The position numbers were made by a program, and so were the translations under genes. A stretch of 61,196 bases of DNA. It comes from Simkaniaceae bacterium (GTDB lineage: Bacteria > Chlamydiota > Chlamydiia > Chlamydiales > Simkaniaceae). Every line of letters starts with the position of its first letter. Position 1 is the stretch's first letter. The stretch spans positions 1 to 61,196 of the forward strand of contig JBFWSA010000009.1 of assembly GCA_050248615.1 (NCBI GenBank). Reading direction: 5' to 3'. Under the pieces are notes generated by a model. The model ran no database searches and was not told where the DNA came from. It saw nothing but the letters and a program-made list of their open reading frames with translations. Shown piece after piece: positions 38,328 to 47,535 of this stretch.

Positions 38328-40367
38328 GTATTTCCGCCTATTATTTCGCGCGCAAATAGGACATCCAGACTTTCTTTTGGTTCGGTTTGCAATCGTTGCT
38401 TGCCAGGAATGGCCTTGTTTACACTTCCAAGCTACTTTTTTGTTTACATGAGGAGTAAGATCAGATGGGTTGATCCCTTCGTTTAACTCATAATCCCATT
38501 CAGACAAGATTTCAGGGTATAAAGTGGCTAAATTATTTGTCTCTGAAGCATAACGTCCATAGCAAAATGGACAGCCTGAACCTCTAGCTCTGCTACTACA
38601 AACTGCTTGCCATTCATGACCTACCTGGCATCTCCACCAAAATTTTAGGTTGGAGTTTGGAGTGATCTCCTCAGGGGGAACGTCATTTTTTTCATGATGC
38701 CATTCAGCAGCTAACTGTGGATGTATTTTTGCTAAATTCCATTCATTAGTTGTCCTATTCGGAAGAATACGAGGACAGGAAGGGCATCCTGTGTTTTGAC
38801 ATGAACGATTATTTAACGAGGTTTCCCAAGTATGACCCTGCTTACACCTCCACCAAACATTTTTATTAGCCGCAGGCATAAAGTGCTCGGGAGATAAGGG
38901 TGCATTTAAATCATATGCCCATTCGTTTGCAAGGTCTGGTCTTTTGCTAGCAAGTGAAAGCTCGTAAGGAGGTGCGGGAAGGTGAGCAACTATTTCCCGA
39001 TATAGTTTACTATTAAGAAGTGAGCCTTCATTGATATATTGTTGAAGATTTTTGCGTTCTGTATCGGACAAGTTAGCAAACTGAATGATTTGATAGATAA
39101 GACTAGAGATTATCGGAAAAGGATCATTTGACCATTTAAAAGAAACGTCACGTTCGCTTAATAAAGGTAACCCTTCTTCTCTTAAACGAAATAACTGAAT
39201 ATATCTTTCCTCAAATAACGTGTTTTTTATGATGTCGATATTTGATTTGTCTTTATGCCAATATACTCCATCAATCTCTATTCCAATTTTTTTATCGGGA
39301 AGAAATATATCACATTCATAAGTTTCTATTTTTTCACGCCAAGAGACATTAGAAAAGAGAGCTTTTATTTCAGCATAAACAGCAATCTCGATTCTAGACG
39401 TTTGGAGTGAGCATTTAGGGCAACCTGTGCTGTTGTGAACTCTAGTGCCAACAGTTGCCTGCCATTCATGGCCATGTTTGCAAATCCACCAGACTTTTGC
39501 TCCGCCTCCTGCTATTACATCTTTGGGAGTTAATAGTTTGTTTTTAGTCGGATGCCAGTCTTTTGCAATATCGGGGCGTAGAAACGCAAGACTATTTTCA
39601 CTGCACAATTTGCGATTTAAGCAATAAGGGCAGTCACCTTGGTAACCTTTCCTTGTTTTATTTGAAATTGTAGCCTGCCACGAATGATTCCTTTCACACT
39701 TCCACCAAACTTTTTGATTTGCTCTAGGAGTAAGCTTGAAGGGGTCAAGATGTATATTCTTTTCAAAATCCCATTCTTTTAATAATTCTGGATAGGTCAG
39801 AACAAAATTTCGTTTTTTAGTGGCTTTTTGGCCAGCACAGTAAGGGCAGCCCATTCCACGATTTCGGCTATTGATGACCGCTTCCCACTCATGATTTTCT
39901 ATGCATACCCACCATGCTTTTATTCCTGAGCCAGGCGAGACATCATTTGGAGTTAAATCCCCATTTTTAGATGGATGCCATTGTTTTGCTAGGTTAGGAT
40001 TTTTTAATTGTAAGGTGTTCTCGTTTAGAGCTAATCCTAAGGCTTGTTCAATGGAACGACCCTTCTTTAATGATTCGATTACGTGCGTATAGGCGCGTTG
40101 ATAGTGTTTTGCCGCTTCTTTTAGAGTTTTAAACTCATTGCCCTCTACTTGAATGGGGATACCAGTCGTTTTGGAGGCAAAGCTTGGGGGAGGTGCGAGA
40201 CCTATGGCTTGCTCAGGGGACCAACCTTTTGAAAGCCGATAGTCGACTGTATTGCGTGATTTACCAAATGCTTTCGCGGCAGCTTCAAGGGAGTCATATT
40301 CGTTCCCTTGAATAGTAATTTTTCTTTTGTTGGATGGTTTGGTTGTTTGTTCTTTCTTTGAACCCAT
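38286..40367 (-). CDS. Zinc-ribbon repeat protein (DUF4379-like x6) with central Vsr/DUF559-like endonuclease and N-terminal HTH-like repeats
   Basis: Six units of P.LA.EW...KN...P......S..K.WW.C...H.W........R....CP.C; central ECDIFLPDKKIGIEIDGVYWH. Confidence 0.85.
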   Translation of the reverse strand: MGSKKEQTTKPSNKRKITIQGNEYDSLEAAAKAFGKSRNTVDYRLSKGWSPEQAIGLAPPPSFASKTTGIPIQVEGNEFKTLKEAAKHYQRAYTHVIESLKKGRSIEQALGLALNENTLQLKNPNLAKQWHPSKNGDLTPNDVSPGSGIKAWWVCIENHEWEAVINSRNRGMGCPYCAGQKATKKRNFVLTYPELLKEWDFEKNIHLDPFKLTPRANQKVWWKCERNHSWQATISNKTRKGYQGDCPYCLNRKLCSENSLAFLRPDIAKDWHPTKNKLLTPKDVIAGGGAKVWWICKHGHEWQATVGTRVHNSTGCPKCSLQTSRIEIAVYAEIKALFSNVSWREKIETYECDIFLPDKKIGIEIDGVYWHKDKSNIDIIKNTLFEERYIQLFRLREEGLPLLSERDVSFKWSNDPFPIISSLIYQIIQFANLSDTERKNLQQYINEGSLLNSKLYREIVAHLPAPPYELSLASKRPDLANEWAYDLNAPLSPEHFMPAANKNVWWRCKQGHTWETSLNNRSCQNTGCPSCPRILPNRTTNEWNLAKIHPQLAAEWHHEKNDVPPEEITPNSNLKFWWRCQVGHEWQAVCSSRARGSGCPFCYGRYASETNNLATLYPEILSEWDYELNEGINPSDLTPHVNKKVAWKCKQGHSWQATIANRTKRKSGCPICARNNRRKYSVDNFLHDFTPRR

Positions 40368-40614
40368 TTTACAGTTTTCTTAGCCTATAAGAATTAATAG
40401 GAAACGATTATACCTCTTACGAAAAAGTTTTCCATAGTTTCATGATAGAATCTTAGAGGGGATGAAGCTAACCGCGTTTGTTTGGGTTATCCGAGCCGAT
40501 GACTGTTTTGGTCTAATTTTTGAGAAAGTCCACCCATAAGGAGTTGACCGCTAAAACGCTGAGAAAAAGATACCCAGTCAAAAGTTCGAAGTGTTCCCAG
40601 TATCTGGAGCATTC

Positions 40615-40643
40615 AGGCTCCTCTGAAGAGGAGCCTTTTTTTA
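40615..40643 (+). terminator. Rho-independent terminator, probably the original tRNA terminator
   Basis: AGGCTCCTC-TGAA-GAGGAGCCT followed by a T tract, directly after the degenerate tRNA 3' copy. Confidence 0.75.
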
Positions 40644-40857
40644 TTGTCACAATGTTTTGAAAAGATTAGACTACTTTTCAGTAAAATTTTTAATAACCTG
40701 TGTTTTAGGTTTTTGTTATAGAGAATCAGAGAGTTTTTTTCTGGGATTTTTGTTTGTTTTTACGAAGGGAAGGGCCAAAGAGCACTTTTCAAGTGAAAAC
40801 AAATAAAAAGAACGAGAAAAATTCCTGAGGATCAACAAGAAAAACTTGAAACGCGGG

Positions 40858-41925
40858 AGGTGTGTTGTATAACTCTGATCTGAGCAAGATGTTATTGGCA
40901 TGACTCTGCTCTGTCCTTCTTTTTCTTACCCTGCTACCATCTGATTGAAGATCATTGCCTTCAACCTCACCTCATTTTTAACCCGGTTTCTCGTTTTACT
41001 TTTAAGATCTGCTCCAAGCATCCGCTTCCACGCGGATATTTTACTTTCAACTAACACTCTTTTACTGTACCCACTTAGCTTTCCCCATATTGTTCGAGCT
41101 AGTTCATCCCCTCCGAGCCCTTTGATGGCTCGGAGGGCTTGGTTTCTTTCTTCGTAGACTTCCTCTTTTCTTAAGAGGGCTTTTCGACTTGGTGGGGTGA
41201 TTAACTTCTTATTATGCCTCTGGCTCAGTTCGTAGCATCTGGCGCTATCCGCTATTCCATCGATTAGAACAACTCCTTTTCTCTTGTTACATCTTAGGAG
41301 GGCTTTTTTTAGCAGTTTTGTGTCATGGGTTTTTTCATCTGTCTCTTCGGCTAACACCAACTTTCCACTTTTTGGATCTACTGCTACATGCAGCTTGACC
41401 CATTTTGATTTTCCTCCATAACGCTTTACACACCATTCTCCCTCACCATAGACTTTTAACCCTGTTGTATCGAGAACGAGATCTGTTACATTTTTCTTAC
41501 CTATTAACTCTTCTGGCAGTTCCAGGTTTTGCATCCTACGACAGACTTGGCTATACGATGGGACTCTGGGAATGCCCTGTAGCTTTGCTAAGAACTGGAA
41601 GAGCCCTTCCAGTTCTCTTAAGGGCTGCTGATATTTGAAGCGTATGATGAGCATTGTTTTGATGGCTTCATCACTATAGGTAAAAGGTCTTCCGGCCTTT
41701 TTCCTCTTTTTTGCCTTCCAGAATTTGAGAGATTTTTTCGTGATCCAAAAATTTAGGTTGCCACGATTGATGAGTTGTTTGTTATACTGTTTCCAGTCAC
41801 GCTTGTGGCGAGGCATAAGTTAGCTCCTTTGTGGTAACAAACTAAAGAGCTTAAGCTTATGCCTTTTTGTTTTTCAAGATTTTGCTTTGAGGGGAGGCTT
41901 ATCTAGAGAGTTATGCAACACACCT
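40858..41925 (-). mobile_element. IS5-family (IS903 group) insertion sequence, 1068 bp
   Basis: 19-bp TIRs AGGTGTGTTG(T/C)ATAACTCT; 9-bp direct repeat AAACGCGGG at 40849-40857 and 41926-41934. Confidence 0.95.
40926..41816 (-). CDS. IS5-family DDE transposase
   Basis: WKQYNKQLINRG, LDTTGLKVYGEGEW, WVKLH and YSKRVLVES motifs. Confidence 0.94.
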   Translation of the reverse strand: MPRHKRDWKQYNKQLINRGNLNFWITKKSLKFWKAKKRKKAGRPFTYSDEAIKTMLIIRFKYQQPLRELEGLFQFLAKLQGIPRVPSYSQVCRRMQNLELPEELIGKKNVTDLVLDTTGLKVYGEGEWCVKRYGGKSKWVKLHVAVDPKSGKLVLAEETDEKTHDTKLLKKALLRCNKRKGVVLIDGIADSARCYELSQRHNKKLITPPSRKALLRKEEVYEERNQALRAIKGLGGDELARTIWGKLSGYSKRVLVESKISAWKRMLGADLKSKTRNRVKNEVRLKAMIFNQMVAG

Positions 41926-41962
41926 AAACGCGGGTTAAAAAGTCAAAAACTGGAGGGAAACA

Positions 41963-43612
41963 GTGGCGGCGGTTCATCAGCGGCAGCAATATCACGAAGA
42001 AATGGGGGATGTGCAAGCTTCTCAGGATCCTTGGAGTTTGTCTTGTGAAGGACATTTACAGTGCTCAGAAGCAGGGACAAAAAGTGTTAAAGTGGGTTTT
42101 GCAGCTGCAAGTGCGATTGTCCTTGTTGCGGTGCGGATCCTTTTTATTTCATCGACACCTTGGAGCGCAGCGGTCACAACCCTTGTGGGAGTGTGCAGTC
42201 AAATCGCCATTCAACAGGTTGCTTCCAAGGACATTATCAATTTAGAGAAGAACTTCATTTGTGATTATAATGCAGAGCTTTTTCTGATTTTAACCCAGAT
42301 TGTCCTTAACTATGATACTCCACTATCTCAAGGGATCATTTACGGCCTCCTGAATGGTCTATTTGGGGCTCAAATGGTTGCCCTTGTGGATACGTTAGCC
42401 AACCAACGTTTGGATACCGATAACAAGCCTACTCTTGATCTTCAGGAGAGTTCAAAACATATAGAAGTCTATGGGTTTAATGATCATCGCTCCCGACTTT
42501 ATACCGATCTTTTTTGGGGAGCCTTAGGAGTGGGTTTAATGACCACGGGTTACGTGATTTCCAAAGCGCAGGTTTTAACAAAAGCGGGTTGGGTCTTTTT
42601 AGGAAGAGCCATAGGAAGTGAGCTCATGGAGTTTGTTCGTCTCAAACGGATGGAAATCGAAAGAGCTCCAAGAGAGGTAGTGGAGGACGATTTCCTTCTA
42701 GAGGCCCCCCAGGTTCCTCCCTCTGTTCGCTACATTCGGGCTGTTGAGCGGGTTGTGGATGTTGTGGCCCCCCTTTTGCCCGCACTCATCATTGGATTAA
42801 ATCATAACATTTCTAACGGAGTGGCAGGGATCCTTTATGGGATGCATTGCCAGTTAGATCGCATTGAATATACGCGAACCGACTTTGAAGTACTCTATGC
42901 AAATAAACTCCAACCCGACTCTGAAAAGGGGATGGAAAAAACGTGCAGTAAAGTGTGCTGGGAATGGGCTAAGTTAGTCACGACTTTAGCGATGCTTACC
43001 TTTATTGGAGCTATTATTAAGACCGGAACAAAAGTGGATCGTTGGGTCATTTCCCCCTATATTGTAGCGGTTTTAGGTGCTTACTTTATGACGATGTATA
43101 CCGATCAAAAGATGGCGGAACATCTTGCAAAGATGCGAGGAGAGGCGTGGGAGGATCAGACCCTTTTCGAACGTTTTGTCGCGAGTTATCTCCCTCCATT
43201 TTTGAGGGAATATGTCAATTCTGAGGGAGCGATGGAATGGAGAAATGCTCTGTATGCATCGCTTGAGGGGGTGAGAAATGGTTCCGAAGCGTTCTCTTCT
43301 TGGATTGCTACAAAGATAGATACCTCTAAACTGACCAATACGGCCTATTTTGAAACCTTATACTCCGTATCGGTTCCCATTTTTTACCTGATTGTTTCCC
43401 AACAGCTGCAGCTTGGAGATACCTTTCTCAATGAGTATTCGACACTTGGCGTGGCGGTTTCAATTTTTGCTTATGCCCTTCTTGGATGGGCCCTGGGAAC
43501 CCATGCTGCGGCACGATCGACCGATAAGATCAGACCTTACCCTGCCCTGCCGAATTTATTCCTTTGGTTTTATTCGATTTTCTTTATGCAGCAAATGTTT
43601 AATCAGGTGTGA
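41963..43612 (+). CDS. Hypothetical multi-pass membrane protein
   Basis: 549-aa ORF with GTG start, GGAGG RBS and many hydrophobic segments. Confidence 0.75.
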   Translation: MAAVHQRQQYHEEMGDVQASQDPWSLSCEGHLQCSEAGTKSVKVGFAAASAIVLVAVRILFISSTPWSAAVTTLVGVCSQIAIQQVASKDIINLEKNFICDYNAELFLILTQIVLNYDTPLSQGIIYGLLNGLFGAQMVALVDTLANQRLDTDNKPTLDLQESSKHIEVYGFNDHRSRLYTDLFWGALGVGLMTTGYVISKAQVLTKAGWVFLGRAIGSELMEFVRLKRMEIERAPREVVEDDFLLEAPQVPPSVRYIRAVERVVDVVAPLLPALIIGLNHNISNGVAGILYGMHCQLDRIEYTRTDFEVLYANKLQPDSEKGMEKTCSKVCWEWAKLVTTLAMLTFIGAIIKTGTKVDRWVISPYIVAVLGAYFMTMYTDQKMAEHLAKMRGEAWEDQTLFERFVASYLPPFLREYVNSEGAMEWRNALYASLEGVRNGSEAFSSWIATKIDTSKLTNTAYFETLYSVSVPIFYLIVSQQLQLGDTFLNEYSTLGVAVSIFAYALLGWALGTHAAARSTDKIRPYPALPNLFLWFYSIFFMQQMFNQV

Positions 43613-43615
43613 GCC

Positions 43616-46600
43616 ATGTCAGGACTCACGCGAGAGAGTCTCGTCATTAATCTTTCTGTACAGAGGCAAGGGGATTTTGTTGTCTTTGATATCAAGACGA
43701 TGCAAGATGTTTTACAGATCAAGAAACAAAAAGAGCTCATTTCAGCTCCTACTCGTTTGATCTTGTTCACTTTTGGTAGGGAGCACAAAATTCAAGGATG
43801 CCTAAAGCCTCCTGAGCTCCAAGAGGAATACGATCGTTTATTTGCTCAGGTAGAGCAGATTCATGCGTGCCTAAGGGGGGAGAAGCTCTTGCACGAGGCG
43901 ATGCAAGGAGTGCTATCTAGCCATAGCCGGTTTGAAGGGAGACAGAAGGAGGATTATTTCCATCACTATATTGGAATGGGAGTGTATGCCCTTTCAGATC
44001 CTAAAAGGGAAGTTGTCTGCCCGGTCCTTCCGAATGGGCAAATCAGTTGGAAGACAAAGATTGATCTGGAGATAGATAAAATCAACGATACAGAAGATCT
44101 TCTCTGTAGTCTACTAGTGGGGGAAGAAAGGAAATTAACTTCAGAAGAAACGTTAAATTTATCCCTCTTTGTTTATAAAAACTATGCGTTTTATGGAAAA
44201 ACCGGGGGGATAGTTTGGATCACACTTTTAAAAGAGTGGCCAGGAGTTGAGGGGAAAAAAAATGTGAAATTTCTTGAAGCCCTACCCTTTACGCTCTTAG
44301 CAGAAAAAATCGTTGTGCAAGGAGAAGATCGAGAAGGGAGTATTCCTTTCCCCCAATTTATTCAAGAGAGGGCTTTGGAAGAATCGGAAGCCCTTTTAGG
44401 AATCGCTATTCCTCCAAATATGAAAAAAGAGTTACTTTCCATATTAAATTTTGAAAATGAGCGTCGCGAGTTTACCTATGCTCTTTTAGATCCCCAAAAG
44501 AGAATTGTGAATCACCGCTGTTCGCAAAATCATGCCTGTTACACTCTTTATCAAGTTCTCCGCGTCTTTTATCGACTGGAAGAGCAAGCGACGCAAAAAG
44601 ATGAAACGCTTACAGAGCTCTTAGGTTGGATTTATGGGTGTGACTGGAGAGCCACCGATGTTTTTGAGGGGTTAGAAAATCCCAACCCCATCGAAACGAT
44701 TCCTTCCTATCCTTTTAAACCCAAAGAGATGATTTTATTTACAAGTGCTTTGGGAATTCTCTACACAAAAAATGGAGAGACTTTTGATGACCAAGCCTTC
44801 TACCTGTTTCTCTCACTCAGAAGAGTAGAAAATCCGCATGCCTTTGTAGAGATGCTTTTAACGTTTCATGAGCACCCCCTCTCAAAAGTGCGAACAGGAC
44901 AGATTGTTTGCTGGGTGATGGGAGATTTAGTAGGAGAGCATTTAAGAGAGGATGCGCTTAACGTCCAAACAGCGGAGCTAATACGTAAAAGAAGGCGGAG
45001 CCAGAAGCTACCCCAAGGAGAAGTCGATCAATTCTTAGACCGTTTTCGTTTAGTATCAAAGCTTCTGCCTCCAGAAATCAACGGTTGTAAGCCTTCAGCT
45101 TTCTTCTTTGAGCTCCATGCTACAGAGTTCTCTGAATGGGAAGCGATAGAAGAAAAAATTCAGCGTTTTCTTTCCTTTTTAAATCATGAATTTGACGAGC
45201 AGCTAGACACCGATCTTTTCTTTTTAGCGCTCATCCGTTATTTGCACAATCAGTTGGAAGACAATACCTTTATTCTCATGAGACTTTATGAGGAAAGGTT
45301 CCAAGAGAAGCTTACACTTAGTGAGCGCTGTATGTTTTTATCTTCCGTTTTACACTCTCCTCCTAAAAAACTCAAGGAACCCTATTTACAAGAACGAGAA
45401 GACCGCTTAAGAAAACTAAGCTACTACAATTGGGATAAGATTCAATCTCTATTTATTTTCCATGAATTTGTTTCATTGCAAGAAAAGATAGATCCCGTAT
45501 TTCAAACACATACCCTGATGACGAGCTTGGTGGGGCATCCGCTTCAACCTGATCATGCCTTTAATTTTTTTCTTTATCATCCCATTGGGCGAGATGTTCA
45601 AGGGGCTTTAGAAGAATTAGCTAAAATACGGGATCGCCTTTTTTTCCAAAAAGGAGAAGATCCCGGAATGTTAGAACGTAAGATTCGCATGTCCGCGGAG
45701 AAGCTTCATGGAAATGAAGGTTTCAATAGTCTCAACTTTGAAACCCAAAAGAAATGCTATTTGATTTCTGACTTAGCTAAGGGAATTTATGATGAGATCG
45801 GGTGCTCTTTGGTCCCACACTTCATTAATAGTTCAAACCCTGTTTTAGGGATCACAGAGGTGCCTCAAGGTCAGGAGGGCGGTTTTCACCGCTCTTACCA
45901 AACATTGACCCCTCTATCGGGAATGGCTCCGGATGGGAAACACCGGATGCTTTCATGGATATTCCCCCATTTAGGTCCTTGCTATCTCGAAGTCTCTTAT
46001 GTTCATCTCTCCTCACTCCGTACCTACTCCTTTCAGATCCCTTTTGAGGTCCCTCGTGTGGCAGAACGTTGTGATAGACGGTTTTTTATCCTTTTGCAAA
46101 CTATTCTGGCGGTAGTTCTAGACGATGATAAATTTTCTGAAGCCCCTTCTCCCCTTCCCAGCCCTAAAAAAACGCGAAGCCTCTTTTCTTTTAGAGAAGC
46201 CCCTCCTCCTATTCAAAAAGAGGAAGAAGCTCTGTTGAAGCTCCTTTCTCACTACAATGGAGGGGTAAAGCTTTGGGAAACGCGTTTTGATTCCGGCGTC
46301 AATCGGGAAGCACTTGCTAAAACTTTACATCATTTTATTAAAAATTATTTAGATTGTTCACGCCAAGCGTTAATCGATCTTGCAACTGAGGGGCCTCTTC
46401 AACATACCACACGCCATTTAACCCATGTCGATCGCCCTCTCTTAGAACTTTCGGCTGAAGGAACCTATTATCCTTCTAGAGGAAAGTTTGGCCCCTCTCT
46501 TATACCGGAAGAACGTTTAGGTCCTTATAATTACAGATTTTTTACCCTGTGTGAAGATGTCGAGCCTCTTAAAGCTGTTTTTGAGTCAAGACGTCTCTTT

Positions 46601-47317
46601 CTCCAAAATTATCTTGAGATTTCTTTAGATGGAACCAATCCTTCTCCCCCCCTACTTGTCGTTGCAACCTGTGATAAGCTTTCCGATTACTTATTTGAGC
46701 TCACCCTAAAACTAGATGCAAAAATGGAGAGGGTGATGAAGTATCCACTCGACGCTATCCAAAACCCTCAAAGACTCCATCAGTTACTCTCTTGGCATGT
46801 TTTAGATCTAAAAAGGAAATGGTATTCCCACCATCTCCATCCCCAGGAAACCCTTTTGCACCCTAAACAAAGCTGGTATGCAGTGATGCTTCCTAAAAAA
46901 GAAGAAGAGCCCTCTTTTGAAGCGATCGCAAAAGATGGGACCTTTTTTGTTTATAGGGAAGAGACCTTGAGCTTAGTTCCTAAAGAGAGCCTTATGGAGG
47001 CCCCTTCTGTTTGTCCCTACTATACGGTTGCACAAGAGAAAATCGAGCAACTCATGAAGCAACTTCAGGGGAATACTGAAGGGTGCTATTCCCTCGTTGT
47101 TACAGAGGCAAGCCAGGTTCTCCTTCAAGAAGCCCCCAACTTCCTTTTTTCTACAACGGTTAAAGAGGGTGGGAGTGAGTGTGTTCTTTCTTGTGGGGAA
47201 GAAAAGATAAAAACTTTTTTTAAACAAGAAGATCTGCAAATTCCCATTATCCTTCAACGTCAGATACTTCATTTCAAAGCCCATTGGTATAAAAGATATA
47301 TAGCTAGATTTATTTAA
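43616..47317 (+). CDS. Large hypothetical protein (1233 aa)
   Basis: Long uninterrupted ORF coupled to the upstream gene; no family recognised. Confidence 0.8.
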   Translation: MSGLTRESLVINLSVQRQGDFVVFDIKTMQDVLQIKKQKELISAPTRLILFTFGREHKIQGCLKPPELQEEYDRLFAQVEQIHACLRGEKLLHEAMQGVLSSHSRFEGRQKEDYFHHYIGMGVYALSDPKREVVCPVLPNGQISWKTKIDLEIDKINDTEDLLCSLLVGEERKLTSEETLNLSLFVYKNYAFYGKTGGIVWITLLKEWPGVEGKKNVKFLEALPFTLLAEKIVVQGEDREGSIPFPQFIQERALEESEALLGIAIPPNMKKELLSILNFENERREFTYALLDPQKRIVNHRCSQNHACYTLYQVLRVFYRLEEQATQKDETLTELLGWIYGCDWRATDVFEGLENPNPIETIPSYPFKPKEMILFTSALGILYTKNGETFDDQAFYLFLSLRRVENPHAFVEMLLTFHEHPLSKVRTGQIVCWVMGDLVGEHLREDALNVQTAELIRKRRRSQKLPQGEVDQFLDRFRLVSKLLPPEINGCKPSAFFFELHATEFSEWEAIEEKIQRFLSFLNHEFDEQLDTDLFFLALIRYLHNQLEDNTFILMRLYEERFQEKLTLSERCMFLSSVLHSPPKKLKEPYLQEREDRLRKLSYYNWDKIQSLFIFHEFVSLQEKIDPVFQTHTLMTSLVGHPLQPDHAFNFFLYHPIGRDVQGALEELAKIRDRLFFQKGEDPGMLERKIRMSAEKLHGNEGFNSLNFETQKKCYLISDLAKGIYDEIGCSLVPHFINSSNPVLGITEVPQGQEGGFHRSYQTLTPLSGMAPDGKHRMLSWIFPHLGPCYLEVSYVHLSSLRTYSFQIPFEVPRVAERCDRRFFILLQTILAVVLDDDKFSEAPSPLPSPKKTRSLFSFREAPPPIQKEEEALLKLLSHYNGGVKLWETRFDSGVNREALAKTLHHFIKNYLDCSRQALIDLATEGPLQHTTRHLTHVDRPLLELSAEGTYYPSRGKFGPSLIPEERLGPYNYRFFTLCEDVEPLKAVFESRRLFLQNYLEISLDGTNPSPPLLVVATCDKLSDYLFELTLKLDAKMERVMKYPLDAIQNPQRLHQLLSWHVLDLKRKWYSHHLHPQETLLHPKQSWYAVMLPKKEEEPSFEAIAKDGTFFVYREETLSLVPKESLMEAPSVCPYYTVAQEKIEQLMKQLQGNTEGCYSLVVTEASQVLLQEAPNFLFSTTVKEGGSECVLSCGEEKIKTFFKQEDLQIPIILQRQILHFKAHWYKRYIARFI

Positions 47318-47468
47318 AATTGGGGTGATTTATGTGGATCTTTCCGTTGTCTTTCGACTTCTTAAAATCTCTCCTTGTCTGATGGACAATGTTTTCGATT
47401 TTAAGAAGCCAAAATCCATCAAAAATATCTCACCTAAATCATCCCAATTTTAAATAAATCTAGCTATA
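47299..47468. repeat. Palindromic MITE-like element, family D (170 bp)
   Basis: TATAGCTAGATTTATTTAAAATTGGG at the left end has its exact reverse complement at the right end; inner arms CTTCTTAAAATC / GATTTTAAGAAG also pair. Confidence 0.82.
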
Positions 47469-47535
47469 CTGAAATAAATTCCTCAAACAGTGTATAATTT
47501 CTTCACTTTCAAAATATGATCGATAAGGTGGAGTT

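Larger units (their letters stand above)
32009..40609. mobile_element. Degraded integrative element / genomic island at tRNA-Asn
   Basis: Starts at the tRNA 3' end with a recombinase remnant. Ends at CCAGTATCTGGAG (40597-40609), a 2-mismatch copy of the tRNA 3' end CCAGCATCCGGAG, followed by a strong terminator. Cargo is visibly AT-richer than the flanks. Confidence 0.75.
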
